A stretch of 63,413 bases of DNA, filler included, from Octopus bimaculoides (GCF_001194135.2; 4 parts of 4 records of this genome joined end to end with filler, not necessarily neighbours in it), one strand, 5' to 3'. Numbered from the whole stretch's first letter, positions 10,622 through 25,589 are shown. Notes: generated by a model not told the origin, from the sequence alone. Program-made: numbers and translations.

Positions 10622-11390
10622 TGGAGAATTCACAAAAAAAAACAAGAAGAAGAACAGGTGGTGTAGACAACAAACAGATGTATTAGTTTAACGCTCAGGA
10701 AGTGAAAGAGTCTTTAACGTTTCGAAAAATGTTTAAATAATTTATAATTAATTCTAATGTACTTTATATTTATTGTATGTTATAGTAGACTTTAAAATGC
10801 TTATATTATTAGATTAGTATTTAAGCAAACTTTATTTTCATCAGCTTCCCTTAGTCTCCGTAACATTAACAAAATAATTGCACAACTATTCGTTGCAGGA
10901 TTAGATCGCATGTACTGACTGTAACTACTTGTAGACCGTTTTAAATGCTTTTCACTGTGAGACACATTTACAATACTCTGTAGATTTTCCTATGAATTAT
11001 CCCACTCTTTCATTGAAAGTTTTATATAGAATCTCGTACATGGTTACAAATGCTTACGATTTTCTCCTTTCTGCAAGAACTTCTGCTAACTGTAATGCAG
11101 GCGTAGTATGGAGTGACGCACTTCTTCTGCCTTGCATTTTCGTAGTTGCTAGGAGTTAGTTAATGATTGTGTATCTGTACAAGAATGATATACCGTGAGA
11201 AAAAGTTTACTTGATAAATTTCTTATTGAGAAATTTCTCGTATTTACTTTGATGTTCACGTTGGAATTTCAAGTAATAAACTCGTAACAGATCAAAGACA
11301 ACTGATCAGTTTTGCGTGCATATAGATTTGTAGTAGTTGGACTGAATCAGAAGTAATGTTCGATATTCGATAGAGACTTGAACCTCACGT
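10622..11390 (-). mobile_element. Probable decayed Penelope-like fragment with a half hammerhead at its terminus
   Basis: 10684-10726 reverse complement (CGAAACGTTAAAGACTC..CTGAGCGTT) resembles the 58674-58720 pLTR-like segment. Weak TNLYARKTD and FIGKST peptides on the minus strand. Confidence 0.4.
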
Positions 11391-12279
11391 TCATACACAC
11401 ACAGGAGCATAGACATATATACATATATATATAGTGTGTGTGTGTGAATCTATCTATCTATCTATCTATTTGTTTATCTATCTTTCTATCGCATTATTCA
11501 CGCTTGTATATGATATAAATGCAATGCGAACTCAAAAGGACGCCATAAGTGGAGCAAAATGTAAAAGGTACGGTAATAAGTTGAACGCTTTTTATGAGCA
11601 AAAAAAAAAAGTAATTCAACGTTTCGTACGTTAGTCTTTCTCTTAAATAAAAGATTAGCAGTGGAGTAGTATGAAAGAGAAATAGTCAATGGAAATACAT
11701 ATAGACAAACGCACATATATATATATATATATATAATTAAATAATAGGGTAAAAAATTAGATATTAATTAATATCAATTTAATACCAGGGAACAAGCACA
11801 TTAAAAGAACCAGGGAGATTCAGAAAAATATGAGATCTCGAAGGATTATTGTATATNNNNNNNNNNNNNNNNNNNNNNNNNNNNNNNNNNNNNNNNNNNN
11901 NNNNNNNNNNNNNNNNNNNNNNNNNNNNNNNNNNNNNNNNNNNNNNNNNNNNNNNNNNNNNNNNNNNNNNNNNNNNNNNNNNNNNNNNNNNNNNNNNNNN
12001 NNNNNNNNNNNNNNNNNNNNNNNNNNNNNNNNNNNNNNNNNNNNNNNNNNNNNNNNNNNNNNNNNNNNNNNNNNNNNNNNNNNNNNNNNNNNNNNNNNNN
12101 NNNNNNNNNNNNNNNNNNNNNNNNNNNNNNNNNNNNNNNNNNNNNNNNNNNNNNNNNNNNNNNNNNNNNTTAGATAATTAATTTCGTTTGCTCTACACTT
12201 ATACATTCTACTGTGCCAATGATTATCGATAGAGAGGCTATAGTTCTCTCCTTGGCAGTACACGTTTTTTTCGTTTATT

Positions 12280-13110
12280 AATATATTATTATTATATTAT
12301 TAACATGATAATAATATCACTCTTGCTAATTTATTACCACCTATATTCCTTATATTAATACTTATCGATATATTCAATAACAGCGTTTCTCTCTGTATTA
12401 TCAGAGAAGTCTGTCTTACGGATGGCATTGTAAATTTGCTTTATTATAAAACCATCCGCCATTAAAGATATAATACTTTGATGACGTTTCAGGATAACTA
12501 CGGACCTTATGTGTAATGTTTTCTTGAAAGAAGTGATACGGCCGCAGTTTCGCTCGCATGAGTGTAGAAAATTCAGAGAGTCTCGTGTGTTCGTAAGGTA
12601 TTTCGCATCTTTCACCAACTTGCAGAATCATAACGTTCGCAATGTGACGTAACGTAACAACCAAGTATCTAATAGAGGCCGTACTTCGTGTTAAAATTAG
12701 CACCAGAACCAATTTTACGGAAGCATTTCTATGAATGAAGGTTTTGTTTTATGCAGATCGTTTACCTTGGAAGATTTTCTTGTTGGTGCACATCTGTCTA
12801 GTAATTCTGGTGTCGTATGGGTGATTATCGGAAAATGAATATTTCTTGCCGAGTTCATAGCTGTTACATTAGATGTTCTCTTGACTATTAAATATTTGGT
12901 TGCTGTATTTATTTTGACTACCGTTGTTTAGCTGACGTTGTGCGAGTGGCACCCTACAACATTCAGGGACTGCCGTTTCCATCTCCTTCTGTGATAGTTT
13001 ATGAATATCATTGTTACTATGAAGGCAGTCACTATATATTAGGTTCTTGTGCTTGATATTTATTGAGCAGATTTCCTTTACACTCTAGTCAAGTATCCCA
13101 AATGTTGGTA
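12280..13110 (-). mobile_element. Probable decayed Penelope-like reverse-transcriptase fragment
   Basis: Minus-strand peptides ASIRYLV, YYIFNGGWFYNK and VIEYIDKY loosely resemble PLE RT motifs; many stops and frameshifts. Confidence 0.35.
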
Positions 13111-13165
13111 CCAGTGCTAACACAACAAATGCATTATTTGATATTGACATATTATAAGAGGGATG

Positions 13166-13553
13166 GTGGAGTGGAGCAATGGCCCAGTGGTTAGGGAAGC
13201 GGACTCGCGGTCGTAGGATCGAGGTTTCGATTCTCAGACCGGGTGTTGTGAGTGTTTATTGAGCGAAAACACTTTAAACCTCCACGAGGCTCCGGCAGGA
13301 GATGGTGGCGAACCCTGCTGTACTCTTCCACCACAACTTTCTCTCACTCTTACTTCCTGTTTCTGTTGTGCCTGTAATTCAAAGGGTCAGCCTTGTCACA
13401 CTGTGTCACGCTGAATACCCCCCGAGAACTACGTTAAGGGTATACGTGTCTGTGGAGTGCTCAGCCACTTGCACATTAATTTCACGAGCAGGCTGTTCCG
13501 TTGATCGGATCAACTGGAACCCTCGACGTCGTAAGCGACGGAGTGCCAACAAC
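13166..13553 (+). mobile_element. tRNA-derived SINE family C, full length, (CAA)n tail, 10-bp TSD
   Basis: CAATGGCCCAGTGGTTAGGG..GGTTTCGATTC head and GACGGAGTGCCAACAAC end. TSD AAGAGGGATG at 13156-13165 and 13554-13563. Confidence 0.95.
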
Positions 13554-15935
13554 AAGAGGGATGCTACAGTTGTTTAACAATCTGGTTTACTAAATTTGAT
13601 CATTAATTTTATTTACAGCCACTTTGTATAGTATATTTTCGTTAATACCTACGTATTTCTGGCACAAGCTTCGTAGGATAAGAGAGTTCTACATACGTAC
13701 GTTTTTCAGGAAGGGGAAAAAAGATTTTGCTCAGTTTAACCTTCAAATATATTCACATTTCTTTTGGCTACATTCCATCTGTGAATTAACAGAAAATGTT
13801 ATTTACCCTGGTTGTTTCTCAGCATTGTAAATATATCTAGTGTAGTTCTTTTGAAAATTTACGCAGAAATTACGGGTTATATTTGCGTATGTTGTGCTCT
13901 TATAGAGCCTAGCATATAACCAGTGGATTTTTGTAAAAGCAAAGAAATTGTTTGGATTTAGTGCCAAAATACACAGAAACTGTCTCTTTGGAATATTCCG
14001 CTTGAAATATATATAACATCATAGATAATCGTTTCTCTTTCATGCATGTATGTGTGTCTACATGTATGTGGGTGTATGCATGTGTGTGTGTGCATGTATG
14101 TACAGATGCTTATTATTTAGTTTGATTTTTAGATGTCTTGCCAAAGTAGAAAGAGCCGGTTTCTAATCTAGATCCAAGCTTTTATCATTTGCATTTCAAC
14201 AACGTCAACAAATGGTTGTGCATGTTTGTCTATATATGTACAATATTTGGCCTGTGCAGATATGTGTGTTTTATTTTATGTATGTACATTTATACATATA
14301 GACTAGACGTACATATGTACTTATCTGATAAAGCTGGCAGTTCCATTGTTGGCTTGTATCTGTAATCTTCCTATTCATTTTATTCCTTTCGGAATTTGAA
14401 GATCTTAATTTCTCAAGATTGGTGCAGAAGCAGTTTGTTACAGATCACAGTGTCCCAATAATTACGAGTATAAATCTGAAATTGTTATCTGGGTAGAGTA
14501 ACTCTAAATTGTTCAGTAATTCAGCATAGGTTATTTCACCCCAGCTGCAACTAAGCAGAGCTGATGTGGAGCTAAACAACAATAGCAATTGACAATCCAT
14601 CCGTGACTATCCCAATTTAAAATCTTCTGGATTATTGTGTCATGGACGATGCTAGCTAACTATTGAAGTTTAGCTGTAGTTTTAACTTCACTGAACGCAT
14701 GACCATCAAAAAACGTTGGGATCCTTTTGACATGGAGCCCTACCTATTTGTAGATGGTTTGACGTAATTTGAGCCTTATCTAGCTGCTGTTTCTACCACA
14801 TCAAGCGGCAAGAATAAGGCTACCTCTCCGGCTCGTTCCCAAAACTTATACCTCTATATACTGTGCTAGATATTCTTCTTCGTGTAATATATTATTTTTC
14901 TTGACTTGCATGGAGGAATCGCATGGCTGCAGTGTGACATCCTAGATAAGTTATACTCTCTTTGCACTATTTCTTTATTCCTATACATGGTACACATAGC
15001 TACATGGAGAGAAGAATCGCATATTGTGTCAGAGAGAACGATATCAAATATATCCTTCGATTTTTATGACTACAAGATATAATTTGAGAAAGATTTGACT
15101 GCTATTCCTAAAGTTCAGCAACGCTCTTAAGTCTGATCCGGTGTTTATTCGTACACTTCCTGGTGTTTTTTAACCCTAGGTCAACTATGGTCAAGCCATG
15201 GTTTTTCTGCGTCATGGTATACGGATAGGGAGAGGGGTAGGGGGAATGAGAGGAGGCAGACCAGAAGTGAAAGAAAGTAGTAGTAGATGATGACGAAGAG
15301 GTCGATTCCTTGAATGCCACTACTGGACAGGGAATAAAAATTGAAAACGAGAAGTATTTGAACTCAGAACACAGAAGGTTGGAGGGAATTACATGAAGTA
15401 TTTCGTTTGACTTTTCCAACCACAAGTGCATACGTATGAACGCTTGCGCAGATCCAAATGCACACATATACATGTTTTAAATATCAAACCAAGAAGATTT
15501 ACAACTACACATTGTTCACATTAACAGTTTTAGGATATCTAAGGTTTCGTCAGATTTAAAATACAAAAAAAGATCTTTTACAAAAGGATTAATTTTCGAG
15601 AAATAGTGTATTATTTCCTTTCATTCTTGAATAAATAAACTTGTCAACTCTATAATAGAATATCGTGTTGTCACTTGTCCTTTTTAAAATGTATAAATAA
15701 TGCGTTTTTCTTATACACTTATTTTTCAAAATTAAGATAAACAGTTCTTTTTTAATATAAAATATACTCTCTTAGATTTTCCACAAAGATCTTCAATCTA
15801 CCTGGTAGACTTGCAAGACCCCCCCCCCTCTTACAAAATCCACTCCTCCAGTACTGTTCTGAAATCGTCTACAGAATTCATATTTTTCCCTTCCAAATGA
15901 TTTTGATAAATATGAGCGCCTTCGCGCTCCTATAT

Positions 15936-16310
15936 AGGCGTAGGAGCGGCTGTATGGTAAGTAGCTTGCTTACGAACCTCATAGTTCCGCGTTCAGTCCC
16001 ACTGCGTGGCACCTTGGGCAAGTGTCTTCTACTATAGCCTCGGGCCGACCAAAGCCTTGTGAGTGGATTTGGTAGACGGAAACTGAAAGAAGCCCATCGT
16101 ATATATTTATATGTGTGTGTGTGTTTATCCCCCCGACATCGCTTGACAACCAATGGTTGTGTGTTTACGTCCCCGTAACTTAGCGGTTCGGTAAAAGAGC
16201 CGATAGAATAAGTACTAGGCTTACAAAGAATAAGTCCTGGGGTCGATTTGCTCGACTAAAGGCGGTGCTCCAGCATGGCCGCAGTCAAATGACTGAAACA
16301 AGTAAAAGAG
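15936..16310 (+). mobile_element. SINE A, full length
   Basis: Head, central (TG)n and 3' part ..GGCGGTGCTCCAGCATGGCCGCAGTCAAATGACTGAAACAAGTAAAAGA, set in a TA context. Confidence 0.95.
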
Positions 16311-17111
16311 TATATATATATATACACGAATTTATTCATGCGCATATATATGTTCATAACGTACATACATACACACACGCACATAGACACACACGTGTGT
16401 GTATGTATTTGTACATTTACAAAGACATAAGGACACACATACATGTATACATATATATCTATAACCCACTTTCTGTAAACGGAATATTAAATCAAATAAA
16501 GTATCAATATTACACTGAACTGGCGAAGGAAGGAGAGAAAAAAGTAGAAAACTAAAACCAATAAAAAACAAAATTAAGTATAAAAAATTTAAAATACGTA
16601 AATTTGAAGTAAATGTCAACATTGTAAAATTTATTTATCTTTTTAGTAAATTATAGATTTCCATCAAAATTTCCTTGATATTTTCAGTGTATTGCTAACA
16701 TTCTACTACTTAATAGAAGCGACCTTTTCTTTTCCACTTTACGCTTCTATTTCGTTCATTTTATTATATTTTCTCGGTTTCTTGAGTTTTCTGGGTTATC
16801 TCTTCTAACAAAATAATTTTTTTTCTTCCAATTTTCCTTTTGTAATTTGGTTACGGTTTTTTCTGAATTTCTTCTCATTCACTCCTTACCAAATGAGCAC
16901 AAGACCCCTATAAAAAATAACAAATTACTATTAAAAATATAAATATTATCACAATAACAACAGAAAACGTCTAAATTCACAGAAGGTTAATCAATTTATT
17001 TATATATTTTTCTATTTATTCATTTATTGTATTGCAAGCTTTATGTAGGAGTTCAAACAAATTAGATTCGAAAATTGTTTTACCTTTTACCTTTCACCTG
17101 TTATTTTGTGA

Positions 17112-17550
17112 TCATTTCAGTCATTAGACAGCTGTCATGCTGGAGCACCACCTTAAAGAATTTTCAATCAAATGAATCCACGTCAGGTCTTTATTTTATG
17201 CTTGATACTTATTCTAAGCGATTTTTTAAAATTTTTACAGAATCGCTAAATTGCGATGTAATAAACACATTGACACCAGTTGTCAAGCGGTGGCTAGCGT
17301 CAAACACGCACGCACGCACACATAAACCTCCCCTCCACACACCCATAAACGCCCCCACACAACACACACATACATATATCCACAGTCAAATATATTTATA
17401 TATTTCAATTTGTCTACCAAATCCACTCACAAATTTTTGGTCGGCCCGAAGCTATAATAGAAGACACTTGCTCATGATGCCATACAGTGGGACTGAACCT
17501 GGGAGCATGTAGTTGGGAGGCAAGCTTCTTACCATGCAGTCACGTCTGCG
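17112..17550 (-). mobile_element. SINE A, full length, diverged
   Basis: Reverse complement of the 15936-16310 layout. Confidence 0.85.
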
Positions 17551-17579
17551 TTTATTCATCAAAATATAGATGATATTCT

Positions 17580-17803
17580 TATTTCTTTACTGCCCACAAG
17601 AGGCTAAACATAGAGGGGACAGACAAAGGGATTTAGTCGATTAAATCGACCCCAGTGCGTAACTGGTACTTAATTTATCGACCCCGAAAGGATGAAAGGC
17701 AAAGTCGACCTCGGCGGAATTTGAACTCGGAATGTAACGGCAGACGAAACACCGCTGAACATTTCGCCCGGCGTGCTAACGATTTTGCCAACTCGCCGTC
17801 TTA
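17580..17803 (-). mobile_element. SINE B with GGGCAATAAAGAAAT-type tail and 12-bp TSD-like flanks
   Basis: AGATGATATTCT at 17568-17579 and 17808-17819; head ..GCCAACTCGCCGTCTTA. Confidence 0.9.
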
Positions 17804-17844
17804 TTGAAGATGATATTCTGTTGTCTTTTACCCTAGTGACGCTA

Positions 17845-18075
17845 AGTGCACAATTCCACGCTTATACCATTTGGCTGGTTTAGAGGCAAAATCTTCCCTG
17901 CATTCGTTTGCAACCTCATCCATATTGTCGAACTTCCATTCTGCAAGAAATTAGCAATGGCTTGGACAAGGTGATAATCTGATGCTCGAAGATCTGAACT
18001 GTACGCAGCGAGATGTAGCACTTCCAGCCACTCAAGTTTGCGCCTGGTACTAGGCTTTAAAACATGGCACAACGT
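17845..18075 (-). mobile_element. Mariner transposase C-terminal fragment
   Basis: EVLHLAAYSSDLRASDYHLVQAIANFLQ corresponds to the decayed HPPYSPDLAPSDYHLF motif. Confidence 0.8.
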
Positions 18076-19047
18076 ATACGTACAACAGTTATGGATCGAG
18101 TAAGGGAGAAGGATAAATGGCAAAGAGAAATATTCTTCCCATGACAAAAAATACGCCTCAAAAAAAAACCGAGTCAAGAGAAAAAACAATACATAATCTA
18201 TTGAAAAATTCTCACAATGAGACAAAAACATAAATATTCCATTTATAGTGACATATATTCATAGAAATCATGCCATCTTACATTAGCCTACACAATATCT
18301 GGCAATTCTATGCCTGTCATTAAATCTTAGTAAAATAGATCTTCAAATTATTTAGAGCCGATTACAACCACCAAATCGTAAAAGATTCTTAAAATAGGTG
18401 AAATTCACACCAGAAGAAATAATGAGGGTAACAAAGTGTGGTAACCTATCTTCGCTGTGGTATATGGGAATTAACTGAACAGGGCAAAAAAAGTTTTCTG
18501 AGATCTGATTTCGAAACCATGGTCTACGGATAACATTATATTTTCACTAGTCTCACCCATATGTTTTTGCTTCGCTAAATTTTCTTTGAGAACTTTTCGA
18601 TGATCTTCTTCTAGCACGTTAGCAGTCCACTTAGTGGTCTCTTTTATATACACATGTACTATAATCCTTTTGAGATCTCAGAAAATTTTTTCTGAATCTT
18701 CTGATTCTTTTAATGTGCCGGTTTCCTGGTATTAAATTGATATTAATTAATATCCAGTTTTTTACCCTACTATTTAATTGTGTATATATATACGACGAGC
18801 TTCTTTCAGTTTCCATCAACTAAATTCACTCGAAAATAATTAAGGATAAAATCATTAAAATTACCAGTGGCCACCAGGTAAAATAGACCTATTTTGGTGC
18901 CGCATCTGCCCAATGCTTATATTTATTTACTATTGTTTGCATAAGGCCCCGAAAACAGCTGTCGGACCTGTGACATCATACCATCTCCCCTTTTTATTCT
19001 CCGTGACTTTGTACTCTGTTAGTTTGTTTTGTTAAATATGAATGTCT

Positions 19048-19288
19048 ATAGTGCGGAGCTGGCAGAATCGTTAGCACGCTGGGCGAAATGCTTAGCGGTA
19101 TTTCGTCAGCCGTTACGTTCTGAGTTCAAACTCCGCCGAGGTCTACTTTGCCTTTCATCATTTCGGGGTCGATTAAATAAGTACCAGTTACGCACTGGGG
19201 TCGATGTAATCGACTTAATTCCTTTGCCTGTCCTCGTGTGTCCCCTCTATGCCTAGTCCCCCCCCTTCCTTGTGGGCAATAAAGAAAT
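19048..19288 (+). mobile_element. SINE B with GGGCAATAAAGAAAT-type tail
   Basis: GAGCTGGCAGAATCGTTAGCACG head through CCTTGTGGGCAATAAAGAAAT. Confidence 0.9.
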
Positions 19289-19813
19289 GAATATCCATCG
19301 TCTGAACATTTTCAGTCTGCTGTCTCTTCGTTTACATGTATACATGTATGTATATTTTGCATATATAATCCAAACGGTTGTATTTGTTTATTTGCATCAT
19401 TATCTCCCTCCATCTCTCTCACTCTCTTTATATATATGTATGTATGTATAGATAGATAGATTACTGATAGATTATATAAGACACGCTCACACATCCACGT
19501 ACACGTGTTTGTGCCTCAGTATATATAAGTACGTATGCACTATCTAATATATTCGTTACTAATATAGAAAATCCCACCCGTAGCTAACCAACAATTCTGA
19601 CCTATCAGCGACCAGAGAGGAGGATAGCAGCTACAGAAATTCAACAGTTTTTCTCATACAATATGCGGACAATGTGGTTATAGCTGTGTACTAAGTACTG
19701 CTTTTCATTGTTGGTTAGTCTCAAATCAGTTTTGGCTCCGGAGACACAGATAGGACCGTAGACGTTGCAGCCGTGACCATCATGTCGTTTATATATATAC
19801 ACACACACACACA

Positions 19814-20020
19814 TACCAAGGGGGGCTGAAAAGTTCCTGGTTTTAAGAATATCGTGAAAAGCCTGGTTAGAAACCCAACGTTCTGAGTTCTTTTACAGAG
19901 CTTAGAAAAACTGAAGGGCCGCTGCAATGAGTGTGTGAATCTGAGAAGGGAATATGATTGATAACATCATAGTTAACTGATCCTCTTGCATTTTCTTTTA
20001 ACCAGGACTTTTTAAGCATA
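19814..20020 (+). mobile_element. Mariner-derived MITE (~200 bp)
   Basis: Ends GGGGGCTGAAAAGTTCCTGGTT and AACCAGGACTTTTTAAGC are inverted. Internal peptide KLKGRCNECVNLRREYD* resembles a mariner C-terminus. Confidence 0.7.
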
Positions 20021-20733
20021 TATACATATATGCCACTAATATTTGAATGTTAGAATTGAGGGAAATGTGGTTCCTATTTCTATCATGTGGAGAGAACTTA
20101 CAAGGCATGGACGACATAGAATCTCTTCCCTATTAAATTTTGTAGCTGCCAGATGACAAAATATCTGCTCCCTGCGCCAGATAAGAAACAGGACAAAAGA
20201 AAAAGAAAACAACAACAAAAGGAGAGAGATTTAAGGCAAAGGACCAAATTAGAATTTTATTTTTGATTCTAGTATGGGAACAAAGCCTGATGTTTTGCGG
20301 AAGGGGCCAGTCGATTATGTGGATTCCAGTGTTCAACTGGTACTTATTTGATTGTTTCCGACTGGATGAAGGACAAAGTCGACCTCGGCGGGATTGGTAC
20401 ACAATGTAGAGACGGGCAAAATGGAGCTAAAACCCTGCGTCCGTAGTACTAAGGATTCTAGCAGCTGGCTCCCTTGGACCAAATTAGAGCAAATCGGATG
20501 GGCCAGATATTGATAAGACACTACCAAATCCTTGGGCCTCTCATGAGTAAACTACTGACAAGACTTTCTGAATGGCAAGCCAACGATAACGAATACCTTG
20601 ATTTAGTAGACCTCCTGATTATGATCCATGACACATACGACCTGCAGCTCGAAAAAAGTTGGCATTCAAGTTTAATCAGTTATCATGGGCAATTTTTCTA
20701 GAGAAGTTTAGTCTGACCTTATTATTTTGACTT

Positions 20734-21114
20734 GTGGATGCGCAATGGCCCAGTGGTTAGGGCAGCGGACTCGCGGTCACAGGATCGCGGTTTCGATTCT
20801 CAGACCGGGCGTTGTGAGTGTTTATTGAGCGAAAACACCTAAAGCTCCATGAGGCTCCGGCAGGGGATGGTGGCGAACCCTGCTGTACTCTTTTACCACA
20901 ACTTTCTCTCACTCTTTCTTCCTGTTTCTGTTGTGCCTGTAATTCAAAGGGTCAGCCTTGTCACACTGTGTCACGCTGAATATCCCCGAGAACTACGTTA
21001 AGGGTACACGTGTCTGTGGAGTGCTCAGCCACTTGCACGTTAATTTCACGAGCAGGCTGTTCCGTTGATTGGATCATCTGGAACCCTCGACGTCGTAAGC
21101 GACGGAGTGCCAAT
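20734..21114 (+). mobile_element. SINE C, full length
   Basis: Highly similar to 13166-13553 throughout; no clear TSD. Confidence 0.95.
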
Positions 21115-23344
21115 AAATACACTGTTACGTTTAGAGCTCAATGTAGATTATCATAATCCCGTCTGCTTCTTGTATAGTTGTTAAGTAACTGCTATACCTT
21201 GTAGTATTGCTGATTACGAACTACAGAACAAATGTAGAATAAAAACAAGCTTATGTTATAGTTCCTACGCGAATTTCAGCCTTGTAGCTGGCCTCCAAAC
21301 CACTAGAATTGTGAAACGCACATAGGAACGATATTAACTTGTGATTATCCTTATTTCTCTCTCACATACACGCGCACACACACACATGTATGCATACCGG
21401 AACAGAAAAAATCTAAGTCTATCATTTAAGTATATCTTAACATGTCTAGAGATGCATGAGAGTACATACATAAAGCAAAACATACAAATCTGCACATACC
21501 CATACATACATACACACACAAGCATATGATATAAAGTAAGTCAAGAGGTGTGAGATAAATATACTTATCTCACCAGTTGATATCCATACGATTATGATCT
21601 TTCCGCCAGCAACTTTGTGTTATAAACACTTCTAATGAAATAATCATTAGTAATTGGATTTACTGGCTTTCAGCTGAATCGGACTGTAAATTACAACCCT
21701 TTATATTGGTCTACTGTGTGCTTTGTACACTGGTCTACTGAAGGAGATTTTTGTGGGTACCAACGGATAAGTTAAATCCATGTATTTTACATTACACACA
21801 CACACACACATACAGAGAGACAGGCAGGCAGAAACAAAGAATAGGTATGTACTGAGTTTGGTTCAGCACTAGAACTCAGGCTTGAAGTGATGTGAGACTT
21901 TCCTATCTGAGGCGGCTATAAGTGGTTTCACATTGAGCGGCTAGATAATGATTAAAGTAAAAACTCAATGCGCGCGTGTGTGTGTGTTTCAGAGAGAGAG
22001 AGAGAAAATAGGTAAGTAGAGAGGGCTGCGTTAATACATGACCGCAATCCAATAACTGAAGCTAGCAACAGATAAAAGATACTAAAACACATACTCCATA
22101 CAAGATGCAGTTTATCACTATTTAGCGGAACAAACTTAATAAACGTTGAACATTTATGATTTAGTAAAACCGAAAGCTCGTTACTTCTTCTTGCGACCTC
22201 CTCACAGCCCCTCCTCCGAAAAACACTCGCTCATTCTCGGTGCAGACACTCCGTCGTTTGTTTGTGGAAGCCTACGTATATCTAAGACTACACTTGCCCG
22301 TCTCTCCGGTTTCTCGAAACGATAGAGTGTCATCTGAGAGAATTAAATTCGGCTGCTGTTTCTAGCACGTTGAGTGACCACGGAGAGGCATCCTCATCGG
22401 CTTCTCGCTATAATAGAGTGGCAAGCTGGTGGAATCCTTAGCATTCCGGACCGAATATTCAGCAGCATTTCTTCCGGCTTTAGATGCTGAGATCAAATAC
22501 CGCTAAGGTCGACTTTACATTTCATCCTTTCGGGGGTCGATAAAATAAATTCTGACCGAGCACTGGATCATTGGAATCAACCTTATCCCTTCCACCAAAT
22601 TTCGGTCCCTCGTTCAAGAATTACAGACGTTCTTTCGCCCCAGGTCAGCTTTATGATTTATTGGTCCTGACACAACCATCCCAGTATAACAAATCTAAAA
22701 TGTATTCTCATATTTGAGGAATTCTTGGCTGTTATTTCTAGCAGGCCAGGCCTGACATTCAACAAGTAGCAATCTATACGGTTCTATTATTAACTATGGT
22801 CAATAGTAGGTTGGTGACGATTGATTTACAAGAGATTCTCTCCAACACTATCATATGTACACTGAATACGTGCTAGGGTGTGTGTGTTTACTGTTGCTGT
22901 GTTTCGACTTCCTGGAATAAGTGAGAGGGAAAGAGAGAGAGAAAGGGAGGAAAGGAGGGAGAATATATTTATAAAAAACAGAAGGGAAAGCGGGGCAGTG
23001 TGAGGGGTAAAGAAAGCAGAGAGAGAGTGGGAAGGGAGAGAGAGAGAGAGAAAAGATAGAAAGGAAGAGCGTGAGAAAGGCATTGCATACATGCGATGAC
23101 AGATCTGGAGCGAGATCGAAAGAGAGAGAGATGCAGAGAAAGGTAGAGAGAAAACACCTACAAGAGAAAATTTGTATAGAAAACCATAACTGCCGACTAC
23201 TATGAAGTTTCGTATTGGTTGCAGCGTCGACGTCGTCAACGTAGTCGTTACCATCATCATCATCGCAATGTGCCATGCACTTCACACACATATATATATA
23301 TATATGTATGTATATATATATTGTCATTATGTGTATACAAATCT

Positions 23345-23637
23345 CTATCTATCTATACACAGAGAGAGAGATATAGAGATAGAGAGAGAGGAAGAGGGAG
23401 AGGGAGATAGAGAGAGAGAGATATATTTCGAAAGATAGAGATATATATATAGAGAGAGAAAGAATATATATATAGAGAGATATACATATATAGATAGGGA
23501 GAGGGAGAGATATATATAGAGAGATAGAGAGAGAGAGATATATAGAGAGAGAGAGATATATAGAGAGAGAGAGATATATATATAGAGAGAGAGAGATATA
23601 TATATAGAGAGAGAGAGAGATATATATATATAGAGAG

Positions 23638-23698
<61 letters not shown>

Positions 23699-24029
23699 TA
23701 TAGAGAGAGAGAGAGATATATATATAGAGAGAGAGAGATATATAGAGAGAGACATAGATAGATATATATATAGAGAGAGAGAGAGAGAGCGAGATAGATA
23801 GAGAGAGAGAGATAGATATATATGTAGAGAGAGAGAGAGATAGATATATATATATAGAGAGAGAGCGAGAGATATAGATAGAGAGAGATAGAGATAGATA
23901 TATATATATAGACATAGAGATATAGAGAGGGAGAAAAAGAGATAGGGAAAGATATAGAGAGATATATATATATATAGAGAGAGAGAGATAGAGAGAGATA
24001 GATATAGATAGAGAGAGAGATAGATATAG

Positions 24030-24060
<31 letters not shown>

Positions 24061-24375
24061 TAGATAGATATAGAGATAGAGAGATATAGATAGAGAGATA
24101 TAGAGATAGAGATAGAGAGTGATAGAGATAGAGAGATATAGATAGAGATATATATAGAGAGAGAGATAGAGATAGAGAGAGAGATAGAGATAGAGAGTGA
24201 GAGAGATATAGAGAGAGTGATATAGACAGAGAGAGAGAGTGGGAGAGAGAGAGAGAGAGATATATATATAGAGAGAGAGAGAGATAGATAGAGAGATAGA
24301 GGTAGAGAGAGAGAGAAAGAGAGATATCGAGAGAGAGAGAGAGAGAGAGATAGAGAGATAGAGAAAGAGAGAGAG

Positions 24376-24412
<37 letters not shown>

Positions 24413-24817
24413 TAGAGAGAGAAAGAGAGCGAGATATAGAGAGATGGAGAGATAGAGAGATAGATAGAGAGAGAGATAGAGAGAGAGATAGATAGAGAGA
24501 GAGATATACAGAGATAGAGATATACAGAGAGAGAGAGATAGAAAGATATACAGAACTAGAGATATACAGAGAGAGAGAGATGGAGAGAGAGAGATGGAGA
24601 GAGAGAGAGAGAGATACAGAGGTAGAGAGAGAGAGAGAGAGCGAGATATATATAGAGAGAGATATATATAGAGAGAGAGAGATAGAGAGAGGGAGAGAGA
24701 AAGAGAGATACAGAGATAGAGGTAGAGATAGAGAAAGAAAGAGAGATAGATAGAGAGACTGAGATATATATATAGAGAGAGAGATAGAGATAGAGAGAGA
24801 GATAGAGAGAGACTGAG

Positions 24818-24868
<51 letters not shown>

Positions 24869-24989
24869 GAGAGAGAGAGAAAAAGAGAGAGAGAGAGATA
24901 TATACAGAACTAGAGATATACAGAGAGAGAGAGAGAGAGAGAGATGGGGAGCGAGAGAGAGATAGAGAGATAGAAAGAGAGACTGAGAT

Positions 24990-25020
<31 letters not shown>

Positions 25021-25549
25021 TATAGAGAGAGAGAGATATATATAGATAGAGAGAGAGAGAGATAGAGTGAGACAGAGATAGAGATATAGAGAGAGATAGA
25101 GAGAGAGGAAGAGATATAGAGAGATAAAGAGAGAGAGAGAATGAGAGAGAGAAAGAGGGAGATAGAGAGAGATAGAGATAGAGAGAGAGAGAGAGATAGA
25201 GAGAGAGATGGAGAGAGAGATAGAGAGAGAGACAGAGATAGAGAGAGAGAGATAGAGGTAGAGAGAGAGAGAGAAAGAGAGATATCGAGAGAGAGAAAGA
25301 GATATCGAGAGAGAGATATATATATAGAGAGAGAGAGATATACAGAACTAGAGATATACAGAGAGAGAGAGAGAGATATATATATATAGAGAGAGAGAGA
25401 GAGAGTGAGAGAGTGAGAGAGAGAGAGAGTGAGAGAGTGAGAGAGAGAGAGAGTGAGATACAGAGAGAGATAGAGAGAGAGAGAGAGAGATAGAGAGGTA
25501 GAGAGAGATAGAGAGAGACTGAGATATATATATAGAGAGAGAGAGATAG

Positions 25550-25589
<40 letters not shown>

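Noticed and set aside
13166-13240. tRNA genes at SINE heads (also 20734, 34490, 46801, 48498)
   Set aside because: A/B-box-like heads run straight into ~330-bp SINE bodies with tails and TSDs; no proper acceptor stem.
15108-15473. 121-aa ORF as a host gene
   Set aside because: Overlaps degraded SINE B-like sequence (ATTTGAACTCAGAAC) and low-complexity tracts.
18470-18530. CGAAACCATGGTC palindromic stem III with GUC
   Set aside because: The upstream core reads CTGAACA and stem I does not pair; at most a decayed half.
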